Below are positions 11,455 to 64,000 of a DNA stretch of 64,000 nt, in pieces. The position numbers and the translations under genes are program-made. The DNA lies in assembly GCA_951406725.2 (NCBI GenBank), contig OX597818.1, forward strand, positions 115,382,001-115,446,000, in the 5' to 3' direction. How positions within the stretch are numbered: position 1 is the stretch's first letter; every line of letters starts with the position of its first letter. The notes beneath the pieces are model-generated. The model saw only the letters and a program-made list of their open reading frames with translations, had not been told where the DNA came from and searched no databases. Origin of the DNA: Octopus vulgaris. Lineage: Eukaryota.

Positions 11455-13527
11455 ACCCACAAACATTTAACTTTCATTAACTTGGCATTACTTCACAACA
11501 GAACAGTTGAAGCAATATATTCTTGTATTTCCGCAAAAGCATTGCCGGGTTATTAAAAGTAACACCGACTCTGCACATGTAATCTATTGAGTACTTTCTT
11601 GTACATGTGTATGAGCCTGCATGCATATATGTGTGTGTGTGTATAGGGCAGAACGTTATTCCTATAATGTTGATCAGACTTAGATACACGCAGCCAACAT
11701 TTGGAAACCAAAGTGAAATGTGTTCTTCTCTTACATATGGTACCGAGCCATTCCGAGACCTCTTTCTCTTTCTCTCTGACAAATCAAATCATGTATTACA
11801 ATTCAGGCTGCAGCATCCTCTTCAATGGATTGTGTTATGGTTTTATTCCTACATCTTTAACTTCCTCTTTTTCCTTTTGCCTTTTTATTTACATAATCCA
11901 CGTTCTCACTTCTTTTCACTCTCAGTTATCTTTCTTCATCTGTCCGACTCCGATTTACACTCTGACATCACAGACCACAACAACAACAACATCTACAATG
12001 ACGATAGCTACAAAAACAACAAAACAGAAAAGCCTCAGTATTGTATTATTATCATTATTATTGTTGTTGTTCTTGTTATATGTATAAATATTTACCTCTG
12101 TCTCTCTTCCTCTCTCTCTCTCTCTTTCTCTTCATCTGTTTGACTAGAAATGTAAATATTCAGGGCATAGAAATTACTGGAAACTTATCTAAGACCATAT
12201 CACTACAACCACAACCAGAACAACATCTAACAAGCAGTCAAAGCCTGAGCAAAGACCCATTGCCTAAATTATGGGAACATCAAACAAAGGACGAACAAAC
12301 AAGTGCCAGAAGTGAGTTTGAGACGCAGATGAAGAAAGAAAGAGGGCAGAGGTTCTAATTCTTCAGCTTCATTTTATATATCTTATACCTGTCATGCATG
12401 CACCCACCAGCATCCCGTTATTTGTCATTTACTTTAGTATCCAGGACTTGCAGTTTCAAACGAGAACGACATTTGGAAATTCTTCTTTCGGGGAAGGAGG
12501 GGTGGGGAATGATTTTTTTTTCTTCTAATATTGAGTCATGGCCAGAATAAAATTTAAAGAAAAAAAAAGCCATTTCAAGATTGAAATTGAAATTGAAAGA
12601 GCGAAAGATTGAAAGACAGCGAGACAGACAAACAGACAGACAGATAGAGAAAGAGAAGTGTGGGTAAAAGAACTGGAATTCTTCACAGAAATTTTTGTAA
12701 TACCTTGCAGGATATATCTCTACCATTTTGCATTTGGCACAGTCACAACACCTTTGAGTTAATTCCACTTCATCCTTTAGTTTTTTTTCTCTTTCTTTAT
12801 TCATTTTGTACTGATGATCTTTAGACAATATATATACATATATTCTATACTCTTATATATATATTTTCTTAATATGTATATATATGTATATATATACATA
12901 CACACATAGACAGAGAGAGAGAGAGGGAGGGAGACAGGTACATATATATATAAATAGATATGTGTATTCTACACGTTCACGTTAATTATAGATTGTTCAT
13001 GGTTTTTCTGTCAGTTTGGAACATCTGTTTGAAACAATGTTTTCTTTTAGCCGCTGTTGAAGGTTTAGGGAGATGGTGTCAACAGGCTAATAACAGTAAG
13101 CAAAGAGGCAGACAAAGTTTTCTCTTCTTTTTTTGTTTTGTTTTGTTTTGTTCTTCTTTCAAAAAAATAAAAACACCCACTGCAGTCAATGTTGACCATC
13201 AACAATAAAACCAAACCACAGCGGGAAGCTTTGGAAATAATTTACACATATATACGTATATGTATATATATATATATATATATACATATACACACACACA
13301 TATATATATGTATGTGTGGGGAAAATTAACAATTAAAAGAAAAAAAAAATATTCTTTTACAAAACATCAAACGCCCTCGATGCGGATGACCAGTGGTCAA
13401 AACTGAACCAGAGGGGTGCTGATTCTTAACGGAACAGCACCATGCAAAATAAACTTCACTTGACGGTGGTCCTGCAGTGTGGGTAGGAAAAAGGTGGGAT
13501 ATGTAAAACCGTAGGTGCCCACTGTGT
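7200..13527 (-). other. Probable long 3' UTR of WDFY3 (about 6.3 kb)
   Basis: U-rich on the minus strand, few young TE copies compared with introns and flank, tandem AATAAA on the minus strand at 7219-7224 and 7229-7234. Proximal AATAAA sites also exist. Confidence 0.5.
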
Positions 13528-63868
<50,341 letters not shown>

Positions 63869-64000
63869 CTGAAGGAGAAAGAGAAATAAACTTCAATGAA
63901 CAATGTGACGTCTGCTAATTAAAGTATTTCACTGATGCTCTGTGACATCAGAGGAATAACACCAACTGACTTGGTAAACATCCACGAGATTAACCTCCAT

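Noticed and set aside
11607-12358. Plus-strand ORFs of 105-178 aa
   Set aside because: Low-complexity sequence antisense to the predicted 3' UTR with no domain motifs.

Overview
Eukaryotic, AT-rich, repeat-dense DNA, most likely from an Octopus (coleoid cephalopod) genome, judged from the SINE/RTE repeat families and microsatellite load. The main feature is the 3' part of a WDFY3 (ALFY/blue cheese) ortholog on the minus strand. I traced 35 coding exons from 63868 to the stop at 13528 with consistent intron phases (5658 nt, 1885 aa plus stop), covering the pre-PH region, PH-BEACH, WD40 and FYVE domains. The gene start lies beyond the right edge, and a long 3' UTR probably runs to about 7200. 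One intron is GC-AG. A 946-nt exon encodes an expanded acidic WD40 loop with a candidate LIR (DYVVV). Introns hold tRNA-derived SINEs, truncated RTE and CR1 LINEs, Helitron-like elements, mariner/Tigger, hAT and piggyBac MITEs, and a deleted piggyBac. The most notable non-obvious signal is a set of minimal type I hammerhead ribozyme motifs from several small element families. They have covarying stems and palindromic helix III, three lie on the WDFY3 pre-mRNA strand, and one is linked to a tRNA-like head. Nearly all other ORFs in the supplied track are repeat or microsatellite artefacts. Repeat boundaries are approximate; exon boundaries were read at splice sites.
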